From assembly GCF_006345805.1 (NCBI RefSeq), contig NC_043012.1:7378001-7442000 (forward strand): a DNA stretch of 64,000 nt, written 5' to 3'. Position 1 is the stretch's first letter. Each line of letters opens with the position of its first letter. The notes below the pieces were generated by a model. The model had not been told where the DNA came from. It saw only the letters and a list, made by a program, of their open reading frames with translations, and searched no databases. Both the position numbers and the translations under genes were made by a program. Positions 40,556 through 53,738 of the stretch are shown piece by piece. Source of the stretch: Octopus sinensis (Eukaryota).

Positions 40556-41536
40556 ATGAATGGATGGACAAACAGACAGATACATAATGTGGCTGTATAT
40601 GTACATGTACACACACAATGGCTTCTGTACAGTTTCCTCTTGACAATCTCACCCAAAAAGCATAAGCTGGCCCAAAGATATAGTAGAAGACACTTGCCTG
40701 AGGTACCATGCACTAGAATAGAACCCAAAATCTAGTGGTTATAAATTGAACTCTGAATCCAGACAGATATACCTCTAACACTGTATTTCTTTTTCAATAT
40801 CCAGAAATGGTGATTAATAAAGTTAGCTGATTCTTTCATTCTTTTACTTGTTTTAGTCTTTGGACTGCAGCTAAAGGTCAAGCAAAGGATAATGTATTCC
40901 CAGACATAACGAATTGGAAAAAATTAACAAGAAGGCTATAGTTGGTATACCTTTTGTCAAAAGATCTGCTTGATCAGAGTTGATAGGGCTAGAGCTAAAC
41001 AATAAAAAGATGACATGATCAGAAAATATGCTAATTCATATCCTAGTAATAAGATATTAAACTAGAAAACAACTAAAAACAAACTACAAAAAAAAAATCA
41101 AGTCAAATGTCAGTTATGTGGCCTATTAGACCAAGTGGCATCATTAAAGTCTGTTACTATTATCTTCACCAAATTGATAAAAGGATTTAAGCCCAATCCT
41201 ATAAACTATGAAAACAACAATTCTGCAATGCTTCTATTGCTTACAATAAACAACAAACTAAACTTTCTCCTTGATACACAATTTACAGTTACGGCTACAA
41301 GCATGACGCATGCATTTAAGAGCCTTTGTCACAACACAATATCAATACAGAGAATGTACCATCAAAACACTTTCAACTAGATCAATTGCAACATCTCAAA
41401 ACTCCAGCAAATGCTGAAATTCCTCTATGTAATCAAATTCTGAAAAGTGTTGAGGTATACATTTCGAATAACTAAATAATTTATCCTTGTTGGTGGATAA
41501 TCTACCCATGATATCCATATTACACACACACACACA

Positions 41537-41898
41537 TCTATTATATAAAATCCATTCTTCTGTCTGTGTCTGTCTTCTAGGATCTCGGGCATCTCCATCC
41601 GATTGCACTCAAATTTGATATGTAGATACCGACGGTATCAAGGTGTGTATAAGTCTTGAAAAAATTACAAAAATCAATTCCAGGGGAGAATGCAATCGAT
41701 AATGCCGTGGGAACGTGAATTTGTTGTGCCAAGTACATCAGTCGAAATCCGTCTTTTGCTGGTGTCTCAAATTTAGGTTAAATCAGTGTTTCTCAAAGGG
41801 GAGGCCTGTGGGACAGTTGGACTAGTTGTTTTGAGAAAATTTGGTTTTAAATGTTTGACAACTCAGCACCGTCTATTGGACCGGGTGTGTTTTGCTCG
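41537..41898 (+). mobile_element. Non-autonomous Helitron-like element
   Basis: 5' TCTATTATATAAAA, subterminal GC-rich GCACCG..CCGGGTG, 3' CTCG, inserted between A and T. A similar 5' end is at ~53378. Confidence 0.6.
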
Positions 41899-42678
41899 TA
41901 TATATATATAAGGACAAAAAGAATGGCTTACAAAATATAAATACCAATTCTTGTTTCCGTTATGCAAGCATCTCAGGATCCTCAGATGTGATGGTTCTGC
42001 ACACTAACTGATTCATATTAAATCAAATGTACAGATCCAAAGGTGTTTGCCAGCATAATTTTTACAAGGTGCTCTGCAATTTCCCTTAAGTTGGAGTGCC
42101 TTGCAAAAGTTATGCTGGTGTACAGCCTTGGAGCTATATGGTACTATAATCACTTTAATGTGAATTGATAAGTGTGCTAAACCATCATATCCAAGGATTC
42201 CAAAACACTTGTGTAACAGAAATGTGTTGGCATTTTATATGTTGTAAACTATCAATTAAAGATGTGTAATTATTCATTCTTCTTTGTGACTTTTTAATAT
42301 ACTCTGTAATTTTATGTGAAATTCTTCAAAGCAAACTTCAAATTGACTAACTGACATAGTGCTTATAAAGTATTGCCCTGATTTTGAAATCCTTATTCCA
42401 ATATATTGTGTGTGTATATCAACCAGACCATCAGATGTAGTTAAAAACTGCTGATCACAATGCACTCCCTGAATTGCAGCTTTCTAATGATGCTACCTCA
42501 CTGGTAGGTAGGAAGACCAAACACTCCATTGAATGGAACGCCAGACCATTGCAGGGACGGGAGCAATGTGAAATGAATTGTTCTGCTCAGAAACACAGTG
42601 TACCACCAGTCTGGAAATTGAAGCCACTATCTTGCGATTGTCAGTACTACAAACCCTATCTACTAGGACACATACCTT

Positions 42679-42735
<57 letters not shown>

Positions 42736-42799
42736 CCATATTTCTCTCCCCCATCCTATCTCTCTCTCTCATGCTTCTCTCCTTGTTTTTTCTGTGTAC

Positions 42800-42835
42800 C
42801 TTTCTGTAGAAGAGCGTAAGCTCGAAACGTAAAAG
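42800..42835 (+). ncRNA. Minimal type I hammerhead-like motif (A6U variant) in a dispersed repeat
   Basis: CTTT-CTGTAGA-A-GAGC GTAA GCTC-GAAA-C-GTA-AAAG. Confidence 0.65.
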
Positions 42836-43721
42836 ACTTTTTCTATTCCTGAGCGCTATACTAATACATCTGTTTGTTTTGTACACCACCTGTCTTCGTC
42901 TTTTGTTTTTTTCGTAAACTTTCCCTATATATATATATATATATATATCTATATATATATATATATCCAAATACCTGCATATAATAGATATCCATATAGA
43001 CAGATAGATACATGCATATAAATATGTATATATATGATATTTTACAGCTTCCATTAATGAATTTTTACCCAACACACCAGCTATTTGCAACACTGGTGAC
43101 TGATTAATCACTGTTTTTTTTAATGTATCAAGCAAAGAAGAAATTTGTCTAAGCATGCAGTTGATAGTGGATACTCAAATAAGCAGAGATCATGCGATCT
43201 AGCAATTCCATCACCAGTGCTGGAGACTTTTCATCTGTTATTGATACTTCTGTGCTTTTTAACATAAGTACTAGTAGCAGACAAAATATGTGAATATACA
43301 TATCTGTCTCTCATATTCACCTTGTACTTTGATTTCTTTCGCTTCCTCTCTTTCTAGGTGGTCAAGCTATACATTCACCTCTTCAGCAAGATACCTACTC
43401 CTGACCTTCTATCCTAGTTCTTATTCCTCCATTATATACTCCCACTTTTGTTTTGCCTTATAGGTACTTGGTAACATCAATGGTATTAGTGGCATGTAAT
43501 AAGCATCCATTACACTTTCTGAAATGGTTGGCGTTATGGAGGGGCATCCAGCCGTAGAAATCATGCCAAAGCAGACACAGAACCTGGCGCAGCTCTCTGG
43601 CTTGTCTGTTCTTGTCAAACGGTCCAACATACACTAGCACGGAAAAGGGGACACCAAATGATGATGATGGTGATACATAAGTGTATATATATGTGTGTGT
43701 GTGAATGTGTATTTATAAATA

Positions 43722-44068
43722 TCATCATCATCATCATCGTTTAGCGTCCGCCTTCACGCTAGCATGGGTTGGACGGTTCAACTGGGGTCTGGGAAGCCAA
43801 TCTGATCTGGCAATGTTTCTACAGCTGGACGCCCCTCCAAACGCCAACCACTCGTGAGTGTAGTGGTTGCTTTTTACGTGCCAGACGAGGCTGGCAAACG
43901 CCACGAATGGGGGTGGTGCTTTTTACGTGCCACCAGCACAGGGGCCAGGCGAGGCTGGCAACGGCACGATCGGATGGTGCTTTTTATGTGCCACCAGCAC
44001 GAGGCCATTGGGGGCAGCGCTGGCAACAGCCACGTTCAGATGGTCTCTTACGTACCACCGGTACTGGT
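43722..44068 (-). mobile_element. RTE LINE 3'-UTR fragment
   Basis: Matches 26407-26780. Confidence 0.85.
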
Positions 44069-44312
44069 ATGTATGTATTATGTATAGTGAGTTGGAGGAC
44101 CCTCCTCTTGCACCAAGGTCACAGTTTGGGTATGGTTTCTACAGCCGGGAGTTAGGAAGGGCATCAATTCATAGGAACCATGCCAAAAATGAGTTATTTG
44201 AGCAAAGATATAGTTCTCTGCCTCACTGAATCCCACTAAACCATCCTACCCATGCATGGAAAACAGATGCAAAATGATGATAGTATTTTGTGTGTGTGTG
44301 TGCATTATAATG

Positions 44313-44349
<37 letters not shown>

Positions 44350-44738
44350 TTAAATCCTTAAAAATGTTTTAGCCCGAAGGCCGCGGCCATGCTGGGGCAT
44401 ATATGAATAAATTACAAGAAGATATATATACCAAATATTTGCAAAATATTAATAATTTCAGATAATAATTCAGAATTCTCTAACATTTACATCTTCAATG
44501 GATCAGATCAGTAGCTTCAATTAGCATATTCAAAGGAGGGAGGGGGGGGGGAGATAAACCAAAATTTTAAGATATTAAGTATTTCTGATATTCTAGTTTC
44601 AATGTTCAATAATTTCAATAGAACTTTATTTGATTTTTCCCTTCTCATTTCTATGGAACATATTGCTTATTACAGAAGTTGAATAGTTAATGTGTTTTAC
44701 TGGGTAGTTTTTTTCAATAATTTCAAACAAAAACAGAT

Positions 44739-44856
44739 TTTCATTACCATATCATGTTGAAAGCATCGGTTCTTGTGCAATCACCGAAGTTAAGTAATGT
44801 CGAGCCTAGTTAGTACTTAGATGGGTGACCGCTTGAGAAACATAGGTGCTGTAAGT
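44739..44856 (+). pseudogene. 5S rRNA pseudogene
   Basis: CCATATCATGTTGAAAGCATCGGTTCT..ATCACCGAAGTTAAG..TTAGTACTTAGATGGGTGACCGC..GGTGCTGTA aligns to metazoan 5S with CpG-type decay; no oligo-T terminator. Confidence 0.85.
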
Positions 44857-44868
44857 GTCACACACTAC

Positions 44869-45190
44869 AGGTGTAGGAGTGGCTGTGTGGTAAGTAGCTT
44901 GCTTACCAACACATGGTTCTGGGTTCAGTCCCACTGCGTGGCACATGGGGGTAAGTGTTCTACTATAGCCTTGGGCCGACCAAAGCCTTATGAGTGGATT
45001 TGTTAGACAGAAACTGAAAGAAGCCCATCACACAGATGTGTATGTGTGTGTGTGTTTGTGTTTGTCAACCCCAACATCGCTTGACGACCAATGCTGGTGT
45101 GTTTATGTCCCCGTAACTTAGTGGTTCGGCAAAAGAGACAGATACAATAAGTACTAGGCTTCCAAAGAATAAGTCCTGGGGTCGATTTAT
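44869..45190 (+). mobile_element. SINE family A, 3'-truncated
   Basis: Head and central block as in 57797-58210. Confidence 0.85.
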
Positions 45191-45238
45191 TATTATTATT
45201 ATCATTATTATAATATTAATAATAGTAACAACAACAAC

Positions 45239-45269
<31 letters not shown>

Positions 45270-45635
45270 CAATAAAAAGTAACAATATAATTATAATGTT
45301 AATAATAATAATAATAATAATAAAATAATCAAAATAATATGATAATGATAATGTTAATGATAATGATAATAATAATAATAATAATAATATTAATGATAAT
45401 AATAATATGACTAATAATGATATGATAATAATAAGAATATAATAAGAATAATAAAAATAATACTAATAATAATAGTAATATTAATAATAATGATAATAAT
45501 ATTAAAATAATGATATTAATATAAGAATATTAATAATATTAATAAAATAATAATAATAATATAATAATATAATAAAGATAATGATAATGATGATGATAAT
45601 AATAATAATAATATAATAATAGTATAATAATAATA

Positions 45636-45674
<39 letters not shown>

Positions 45675-46255
45675 TAACAACAACAATAATAATAATAATA
45701 ATAATGAAATAAAAAACAACAATATAATATAGTAATCATAATAATAATAATATAATAAAATATAATAAAGATAATGATAATGAATGATGATAATGATAAT
45801 AATAAATAATAAAGATAATATAATAATAATAATAATAGTAATAATAATAATAATATAATAATAATAATGATATAATAATAATACTAATATAATAATAATA
45901 ATAATAATATTAATAAAGATAATGATAATGATGATAATGATAATGATAATGATAATTATAATAATAATAAATTAATAATAAATAACAACAACTAATAATA
46001 ATAAATAATAATAATAATAATAAAATAATAAATAATAACAATAAGATAATCGTAATATAATAATAATATTATTAATAAAGATATGTAATGATGATGATAA
46101 TAAAAAAATAAGTAATATAATAAAATAATAATAATGATAATGACGATGTATAATAATAATAATGATAACAACAACATAATAATAATAATGATACTAATAA
46201 TAATAATAACAATATTACAAATAATAATGATAACAAAAATAATAATAATAATGAT
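45190..46255. repeat. (AAT/GAT)n microsatellite, ~1 kb
   Basis: Seen directly. Confidence 0.95.
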
Positions 46256-46257
46256 AT

Positions 46258-48039
46258 GTTAGTTAGTTAGTTTGGCTCAAAAGCAAATAGCAAGGCCATG
46301 TAGGGACATGGAGTTAAGTACAGGGTGGTGTTCATGTAAAGAGTTCAGGCCACTTGAGGTCAAGGGAGGCTTTGAACAAAGCGGTCGTCGGCATCTTCAC
46401 CATCTCGTCTGGCAGCTTGTTCCACGGATCCGCAACCCGGACGGAGAAAGCCCTCTCCTTCGATTGAGATGAAATCGTCGCAGGTAGAGCTTTTCGAATG
46501 ACCCCGCAGCCGACGCTCTGGAGCAGGAGTGAAGAACAGCTCTTTCGAGAGGTTACACTTTCGCTTATGATGTGGGCGAGAATGAGATCACCACGGCGGC
46601 GGCGTTTTTTCTAGAGAATAAAGGTTGAGCGTCCTCAGCCTTTCTTCATAGGACAAATTTTTGAGGACCATGAACCATGCGGGTAGCCAGCTTCTGGACT
46701 CTTTTGAGATGCTGTATGTCTTTGAGGAGATAAGGAGAAGAGGCTTGAATCCCGTATTCCAATATGGGTCTCACCAGCGTGACATAGAGTGGTAGGAATA
46801 TGGCTGCTGTGAGCATTCGAATGACCGTCGAATCAAGAACAGAATTCCGCGTGCTTGTTGGCAGCATGGACGCACTGGGCCGAAGCGCGAAAAGGAGGAA
46901 TCCACCAAGATACCCAGGTCCTTTACCTGATCGGTCCTCTCTAGCAGCAGACGACCCGGCTCGAAATCAAGTTGAGTTGCAGGAGGAGAGCCAACAGGCA
47001 GATGACAGCACTTTGACACGTTCAGACACAGGTCCCATTCGTTAGACCACCTCCAAATTTGGTGGAGGCATCGACGAACGAAGATCCTCTATATCACGCG
47101 AGGAAGCGACCAGTTTGACATCGTCGGCAAATAGAAGGGTGTGTTGCGTGAGGTCGTCGGGCAAGTCATTTATGAAGACTAAGAACAATAAGGGCCCAAG
47201 CACTGAACCTTGAGGCACGCCACTGCTCGCACTGGAGACGTCGGACCGCGAACCATTAAATTGGACTTGGAAGAAGCGATCTGAGAGGAAGGCCCCAACC
47301 ATCGTACAATATCCGGATGGAAACTATATGCTTGAAGCTTGACAAGTAATAGGCGGTGTTTACCGAGTCAAAAGCTTTGGCAAAGTCCAATAAAAACGAT
47401 GTCAACAGCATCACTATCATCGAGGATGCGCGTCACCAATTCTTCCATTACCAGTAAGTTGGTCAAGCATGATCTCTTCGGCACGAACGTGTTGGGAATC
47501 AGAGATGGAGGCTGTGTTTTGGAGGTGGTGCATCATACTTTTCTTAAGGATGGTTTCGAACATCTTGCTGATTATTGATGTAAGGGAAAACCGGTCGGTA
47601 GTTAAGCGGGTCTTCGCGGCTCCCTTTCTTGAAAATTGGGGCAGATATCGCTGTTCTCCAGTCCGCAGGTATAACACCCGTCGCCAATGACATATTGAAT
47701 AGACGTGTTAAGGGCTCGCAGATGACCGGAGCCAACGCTTTGATAACCCGGGGTGTAAGCCGTCAGGGCCGTGACCCTTGTTGACATTGAGGCGGCCTTG
47801 AATAACACGTTTGACATTCCCGCGTGATGACCAATCGAAGAATTGGATTGGAGGTACCGATCTATCAAATGGAGGGGGTTCACGACCGTCATCTTGTTTG
47901 AAAATAGTTGAAAAAGCCTCGGCAAATAATTGACTCTGTTGATAAGGGTCCTCAATCGATACACCTGTTGAGTCTACCAACGTTGTAATCTGGTTGTTCA
48001 AGCGGGAATTCCGTTGGACATGGGCAAAGAAGGTTTTTG
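46258..48039 (-). mobile_element. CR1-group LINE ORF2 RT region with (CTAA)n tail, cut by the gap
   Basis: GPDGLHP, PLNYRP, SGVPQGSVLGPLLFLVFIND..LFADDVKL, KDLG and VRPILEY. Confidence 0.9.
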
Positions 48040-48139
48040 NNNNNNNNNNNNNNNNNNNNNNNNNNNNNNNNNNNNNNNNNNNNNNNNNNNNNNNNNNNNN
48101 NNNNNNNNNNNNNNNNNNNNNNNNNNNNNNNNNNNNNNN
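48040..48139. other. Assembly gap (100 N)
   Basis: N run. Confidence 1.
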
Positions 48140-48359
48140 AATGCGTTTGTACGTTCACGTGTGCGCGTGTGTATTTAACTATTTAACACATGAATGCATG
48201 TAGAAGACGAGAACATGTAGCCATCGGAAATGAAAAGAAAAAGTTAACACATGTAAAACCTACATATACTGAAAGAAAGGAAAATAAACATTAGAGAAAT
48301 TCTCATTGTATTTTTACTCGAAGAGAAAAACTAACAAATAAATATATAAACACAGACAT

Positions 48360-48575
48360 GAAATCGTTAGCGCGCCGGGTGAAATGCTTAGCGGTATTTC
48401 GTCTGCCGTTACGTTCTGAATTCAAATTCCGCCGAGGTCAACTTTGCCTTTCATCCTTTCGGGGTCGATAAATAAAGGACCAGTTACACACTGGGGTTGA
48501 TGTAATCGACTCAATCCCTTCGTCTGTCCTTGTTTGTCCCCTCTATGTTTAGCCCCTTGTGAGCAGTAAAGAAAT
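48360..48575 (+). mobile_element. SINE family B (other copies ~1830-1985, 35185-35350, 49670-50036, 55173-55400, 58320-58500)
   Basis: B-box-like TTCAAATTCC, central GTC(G/A)ACTTTGCCTTTCATCCTTTCGGGGTCGATAAA and tail TTTGTCCCCTCT..GTAAAGAAAT. Confidence 0.85.
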
Positions 48576-48577
48576 AC

Positions 48578-48627
<50 letters not shown>

Positions 48628-49299
48628 GTGTATGTATGTATATATGTATGTATGTATGTATGTATGTGTGTATGTATGTATGTGTGTGTATGTATGTATG
48701 TATGTTTGTATGTATGTGTATGATGTATGTATGTATATGTATGTCTGTATGTATGTAGATAAAACTTATTTGGAAAGGATGGCGTGGCGTTCGATCATGT
48801 AATAATATAAATAATATATAAATGATGCTATTTACATACATATTTCGTACATACCTACATATATAGTATAGATATAAATGCTATATTTGTACAGGACATC
48901 ACAAACAAGGAAACGTTAAACACATAGAGAACCGAAAACAAAAAAAAACAAAACAGAGAAACGAGACATGCAACATATAGAATATTCCCCTTCTTCAGTT
49001 GTTCCTGTTTCATCTACTCCGCGTGCCGTAGATAAGGACAATACGCGACTACTTGAAACAGTCCTTCCCGCAACGCAAGTATATATATATATTATTGCGA
49101 GGGTATATACCTCTTAAAGAGATATTAGCGTTCAAGTTCCTCGGTTTTATCCTGTGTATCGTTGAAGTACTAAAAAGGTGCTATCTTCTCATCGATACAA
49201 ATGGGTATGTTATCATTTATGTATAAGAAAAGAAAATGGAAAAATCGACAGATAGATATCAATTTATTAACACTGAGGTGTGATCCCTTTTTGTGTCGG

Positions 49300-49413
49300 T
49301 TCTTAACCCTGATGAAATGTTCAATTAACTACATTCAAAATGCATACTTAATTTAATTATTTGTTCGTAATTTGAAACTAATTGAACATGGAAATAATTG
49401 TATGTTATAAGAA
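49300..49413 (+). ncRNA. Degenerate type I hammerhead with long stem II
   Basis: CTGATGA-a-ATGTTCAATTA..TAATTGAACAT-g-GAAA-T-AATT-GTA; stem I TTCTTAACC / TGTTATAAGAA is imperfect. Confidence 0.55.
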
Positions 49414-49502
49414 ATTAATGTTATTCGAAATTAGAGTTGTGTTAATGAATTGATGTCTATCTATCGATTTCTTCATCTTCTTTTCTTGTGTGTTTGTATA
49501 TA

Positions 49503-49538
<36 letters not shown>

Positions 49539-51269
49539 TGTATGTATGTATGTATGTATGTATAAAAAACTCGCGCGAATATATATATATATGTTCGCGC
49601 GAGTTTTAGTAGACGGAAACTGTGTGGGTATCCGTCGTGTGTAAATCATGGTATCACGGTATCGACCAGACTGTAGAGGGAACAAACTAGGACAGACAAA
49701 TGGATTAAGTCGATGATATCGACCCCAGTGCGTAACTGGTACTTAATCTATCGACTCCGAAACGATGAAAGGCAAAGTCGACCTCGGCGGAATTTGAACT
49801 CAGAACGTAACGGTAGACGAAATACCTATTTCTTTACTACTCACAAGGGGCTAAACACAGAGAGGACAATCAAGGTTAGACAAATGGATTAAGTCGATTA
49901 CATCGAACCCAGTGCGTAACTGGTACTTAATTTATCGACTCCGAAAGAATGAAAGGCAAAGTCGACCTCGGCGGAATTTGAACTCAGAACGTAACGGCAG
50001 ACGAAATACGGCTACGTATTTCGCCCGGCGTGCTAAGCCAACATAATATTCTTACTTCTTTTTGTCATAAAGTGTATGTGCGTGTGTGTAAGAGAGGAGA
50101 GAGAGGTGCCGTAAAGAAGAATCTGTTGTGAAAACCTACAACGATTCTTTGAAAAAGAATAACAGTTTGACTCCAACCCTAAATGAGTTTACAAGAATTT
50201 GGTAAAAGCCAAACGGAAACCAGCCCCGTGACAACAGGGAGAGAATTAGAAATTATTTAGATTGGATTCTTGAGGAAATGAAAGGTCTTGATAATTCCAT
50301 ATCCAAGAATTTGATTGCAGTGATGATGATGATGATGATGACGATGACGATGACGATGATGATGACGATGATGATGACGATGACGATGATGATGACGATG
50401 ATGATGATGATGAGGATGATGATGATGATGAAGATGATGAGGATGAGGATGATGATGATGATGAGGATGATGATGAGGAGGAGGAGGATATTGTTGTTGG
50501 TGGTGATGTTATTGTTGTTGTTGCTTCGGCTCTAGGCCAAACGCAATTTAACATATAGGAGGGAAATTTTCAGAAGCATCACATGAAAATGGTAAAAACA
50601 AAAGAAATAAGAATCTGCGAAGAAATAACAATCCATGATAAAAAAAAAAAAAAAAAGATAGAATGTCAAACTTGTAGCTCAAATGTCTATCGGGTAGTTT
50701 ACCACCCACAATGTACTCACAAACGGTTTTTAACGATTTACTGAATGAGACGCAAATGGCTCTTCGAAGCAAAACTTCCTTGAATTTCCAAAACTGAAGA
50801 AACATCAAACCGCCAAAAATGCAAACCTCCTTGTCTAAAGTATACAAACACTTAGTAGGAATCGGGTATCAGGGGATTAATGCTCACTTATAAAAGGACA
50901 CTTCACCCCTTAAATAAAGGAACTGGTGCAACAAAGATTTTGAATGGGTGTGAAGGTATGTTACTAATCAATAAAGCTGCCATATTTTCCGCCTAGAAAT
51001 TGAACATTTTCAAATAAAAATTTCCAGTTAAAAAGGTTAAGTCGACTTATACACCAAGACGACTTTTGGGGGACCAAGATGATATTTGGTTGTTTACATT
51101 ACGTGTTTAGGCTATATTCTAGGTCGACTTGTATGCTAGAAAGACTAGGAGAAGAAAAAAGGCTCTGAGTATGAAATTGCTTAAGTATTATTAGACATTT
51201 GGCAGTGTTTCTAGCCTGTGGAAACATTGGCCACGTATAAGTTAACACGAAATAACAAGTACATCAAAG

Positions 51270-51570
51270 ATTGTTGTTTGCTCCTTCTCGAGCTACGCCT
51301 GGCTCATAGGGCCGGTTCCCGGTTTCCTGGCGTATAGGTTCCCCACCTGGACGGGACGCACGCGCGCCGGTCCGTCGCAGGTGCAGCTGCAAGATGCAGA
51401 GGAGAGTGAGAGAAAGTTGTGGCGAAAGAGTCAGCAGAAGTTCGCCATTACCTTCTGCCGGAGCCGCGTGGAGCTTAGGTGTTTCGCTCATAAACACACA
51501 CATCGCCCGGTCTGAGATTCGAACCCGCGATCCCTCGACCGCGAGTCCGCTGCTCTAACCCCTAGGCCAT
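51270..51570 (-). mobile_element. tRNA-derived SINE family C (5' fragment also at 54961-55075, + strand)
   Basis: Head TGGCCTAG(T/G)GGTTAGAGCAGCGGACTCGCGGTCG..GGGTTCGAATC with A and B boxes; (AAC)n-like tail. Confidence 0.85.
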
Positions 51571-51709
51571 CTCTAACCCTAACCCTAACCCTGATTCCAA
51601 AAAAGCATGTCTATGTAGAGTTAATGTAAGCCGAGATACAGGGTCCCAGATGGGCAAATAGAATTTAGCTTTTATTATTATAGCTAATGAAGACTACGAC
51701 GACGACGAC

Positions 51710-51748
<39 letters not shown>

Positions 51749-52058
51749 AGTAACGCTTTTTAATCAATACTTCTTTCATCATTTCTTTTACTTGCTCCAC
51801 TCATTTGACTACAGCAACCCTGGGGCACCGCCTTCAAGATTTTTTAAAATCTAATGAATCGACCTCAATATCTATTATTTTTTTTAAAGCTTGGTAGTTA
51901 TTCTATCGGTCTCTTTTGCCGAACCGTTAAATAACGGATCGTCAAACACCGACACAAAGACACACACACATATATATGTACGTATGCATATATATATATG
52001 AATATGATGGTAGTGGAAATATTGTTTAGATCTAGGTCAACAGATATAGCCAGACAGG

Positions 52059-52130
<72 letters not shown>

Positions 52131-52132
52131 TT

Positions 52133-52176
<44 letters not shown>

Positions 52177-52263
52177 TAAAGAGATAGATATTTAGATAGA
52201 TAGAGAGAGAGAGAGATAAAGAGATAGATAGATAGATAGATAGATATATAGATATATAGATAG

Positions 52264-52302
<39 letters not shown>

Positions 52303-52307
52303 TAAAG

Positions 52308-52344
<37 letters not shown>

Positions 52345-52353
52345 TTTAGATAG

Positions 52354-52384
<31 letters not shown>

Positions 52385-52389
52385 TAAAG

Positions 52390-52431
<42 letters not shown>

Positions 52432-52458
52432 AACAGAAATAAGTGGAACATGTCTTAC

Positions 52459-53283
52459 TTTGCCCCATTCGTAAGTAATCCATTTGAAACAATCCATTCG
52501 ACATTTTCTCTTAACTTCCGGTCTTTTCAATCGACCTCGTTTACATACGCCAGCCGGAAGTTCTTCAAAGTAATTTGTTGTGATAATCTCACAAGATACA
52601 TTTCGTGTTTGTCGTCCGTATCGTTTACAAGTGCTCGCTGTACACGACGACCACTGACTGCTAACGTAATATGCTCGTCTAGGGCGTTTATCGGCCGGGT
52701 CGGTAACATTGGCGTACGGTGACGTTACCGTACCCAATAGGTACGATTCTCTGTGGGCTGTTTCTCTTAGAATATCAATTAAAGATATCAGATGAAGAAC
52801 AACGGTTGATTCCAAGGTTCGACTGACATTATTGTAGATCGTGTTGCAGCGACACGTGTAGTTTTCTGATTGGTTCGGGGTCGAAGGCGTCTGAACTTTA
52901 ATTCTGTGGAGAGAATTTCTTGAGTAGTTTACGCGAAGATCTGTAAATGGGACCAGTGGTTTGCCATTACGAAACCACCTAATGGAACTTCGATCGATAC
53001 CTCGGGTTAAACAACGCACTGTCAATACGGTTGCTGGTAAGACATAGGCATGGGAACCTGTGAAGATATTGATTGCCATGGAGTGCGTTAACTGGAAGAA
53101 TTTCTTCACCGGTTCTTTGATTCTTGGCTTTTGGCAAGGAAAAGAGTTGCAGACTCTGATGGAGCGTTGTCTTGGAATATCAGCACACTCAGTATCACTG
53201 ACATTTACAAGATTTCCATCTGGCAGAACCTTTTGACAACCCAACCAGCGCCTCTGAAGACCTCCATTGCAAGACACCGAACA
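52459..53283 (-). CDS. ADAMTS-like (punctin/ADAMTSL1-3/MADD-4 type) exon: TSP1 - Ig-like - TSP1
   Basis: 825-nt phase 0-0 exon, TTTTTCAG..GTAAGA; CSVSCNGGLQRR..CNSFPC; GSHAYVLPATVLTVRC..IRWFRNG..NYTC; SSQWSSC..RNVSC. Confidence 0.9.
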
Positions 53284-53738
53284 CTGAAAAATAACAAAGC
53301 AGTGATAACATAATTTGATACATGATATAATATAATATAATATAATATAATATAATATAATACAATATAATATAATCTCTCTATATATAAACAGCAAAAT
53401 GTCTGTGTGTGTGTCCTTTATACAAATCCACAATTTTTCAGTTAGAGAGCTCGCACTTTCTATGCTCATTAAAACCGTCCAAGGGTGGTCGTGCATATCT
53501 TTACATTTCCCCAGTCACCCCGCAAAGCCATTAAAAAATCAATAGAAGTGACGTTTTTGTGAATTTTCTATCCAAACCCCAAATCAAAATGCCCGAAACT
53601 TGATACGCCAATTGAATGCCAGCTAGCTCTATGTGACTGGTCGGAGATTTGGACGGTACTCGCATGTATGTGCGCACGCACGCAGCTGTATATGCATGCA
53701 CTAGCGCTACGACTCGGCGTATGATATAATATAATATG

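Noticed and set aside
48890-49080. Minus-strand CUGAAGA (and CUGAUGA in the related repeat at ~36160-36300) as hammerheads
   Set aside because: Could not build stem II-GAAA-stem III in any topology.
50246-50554. Poly-Ser / poly-Met ORFs
   Set aside because: (GAT/GAC)n microsatellite.
52192-53496. The whole 434-aa ORF as one CDS
   Set aside because: Both ends read through intronic repeats; the real exon is 52459-53283.
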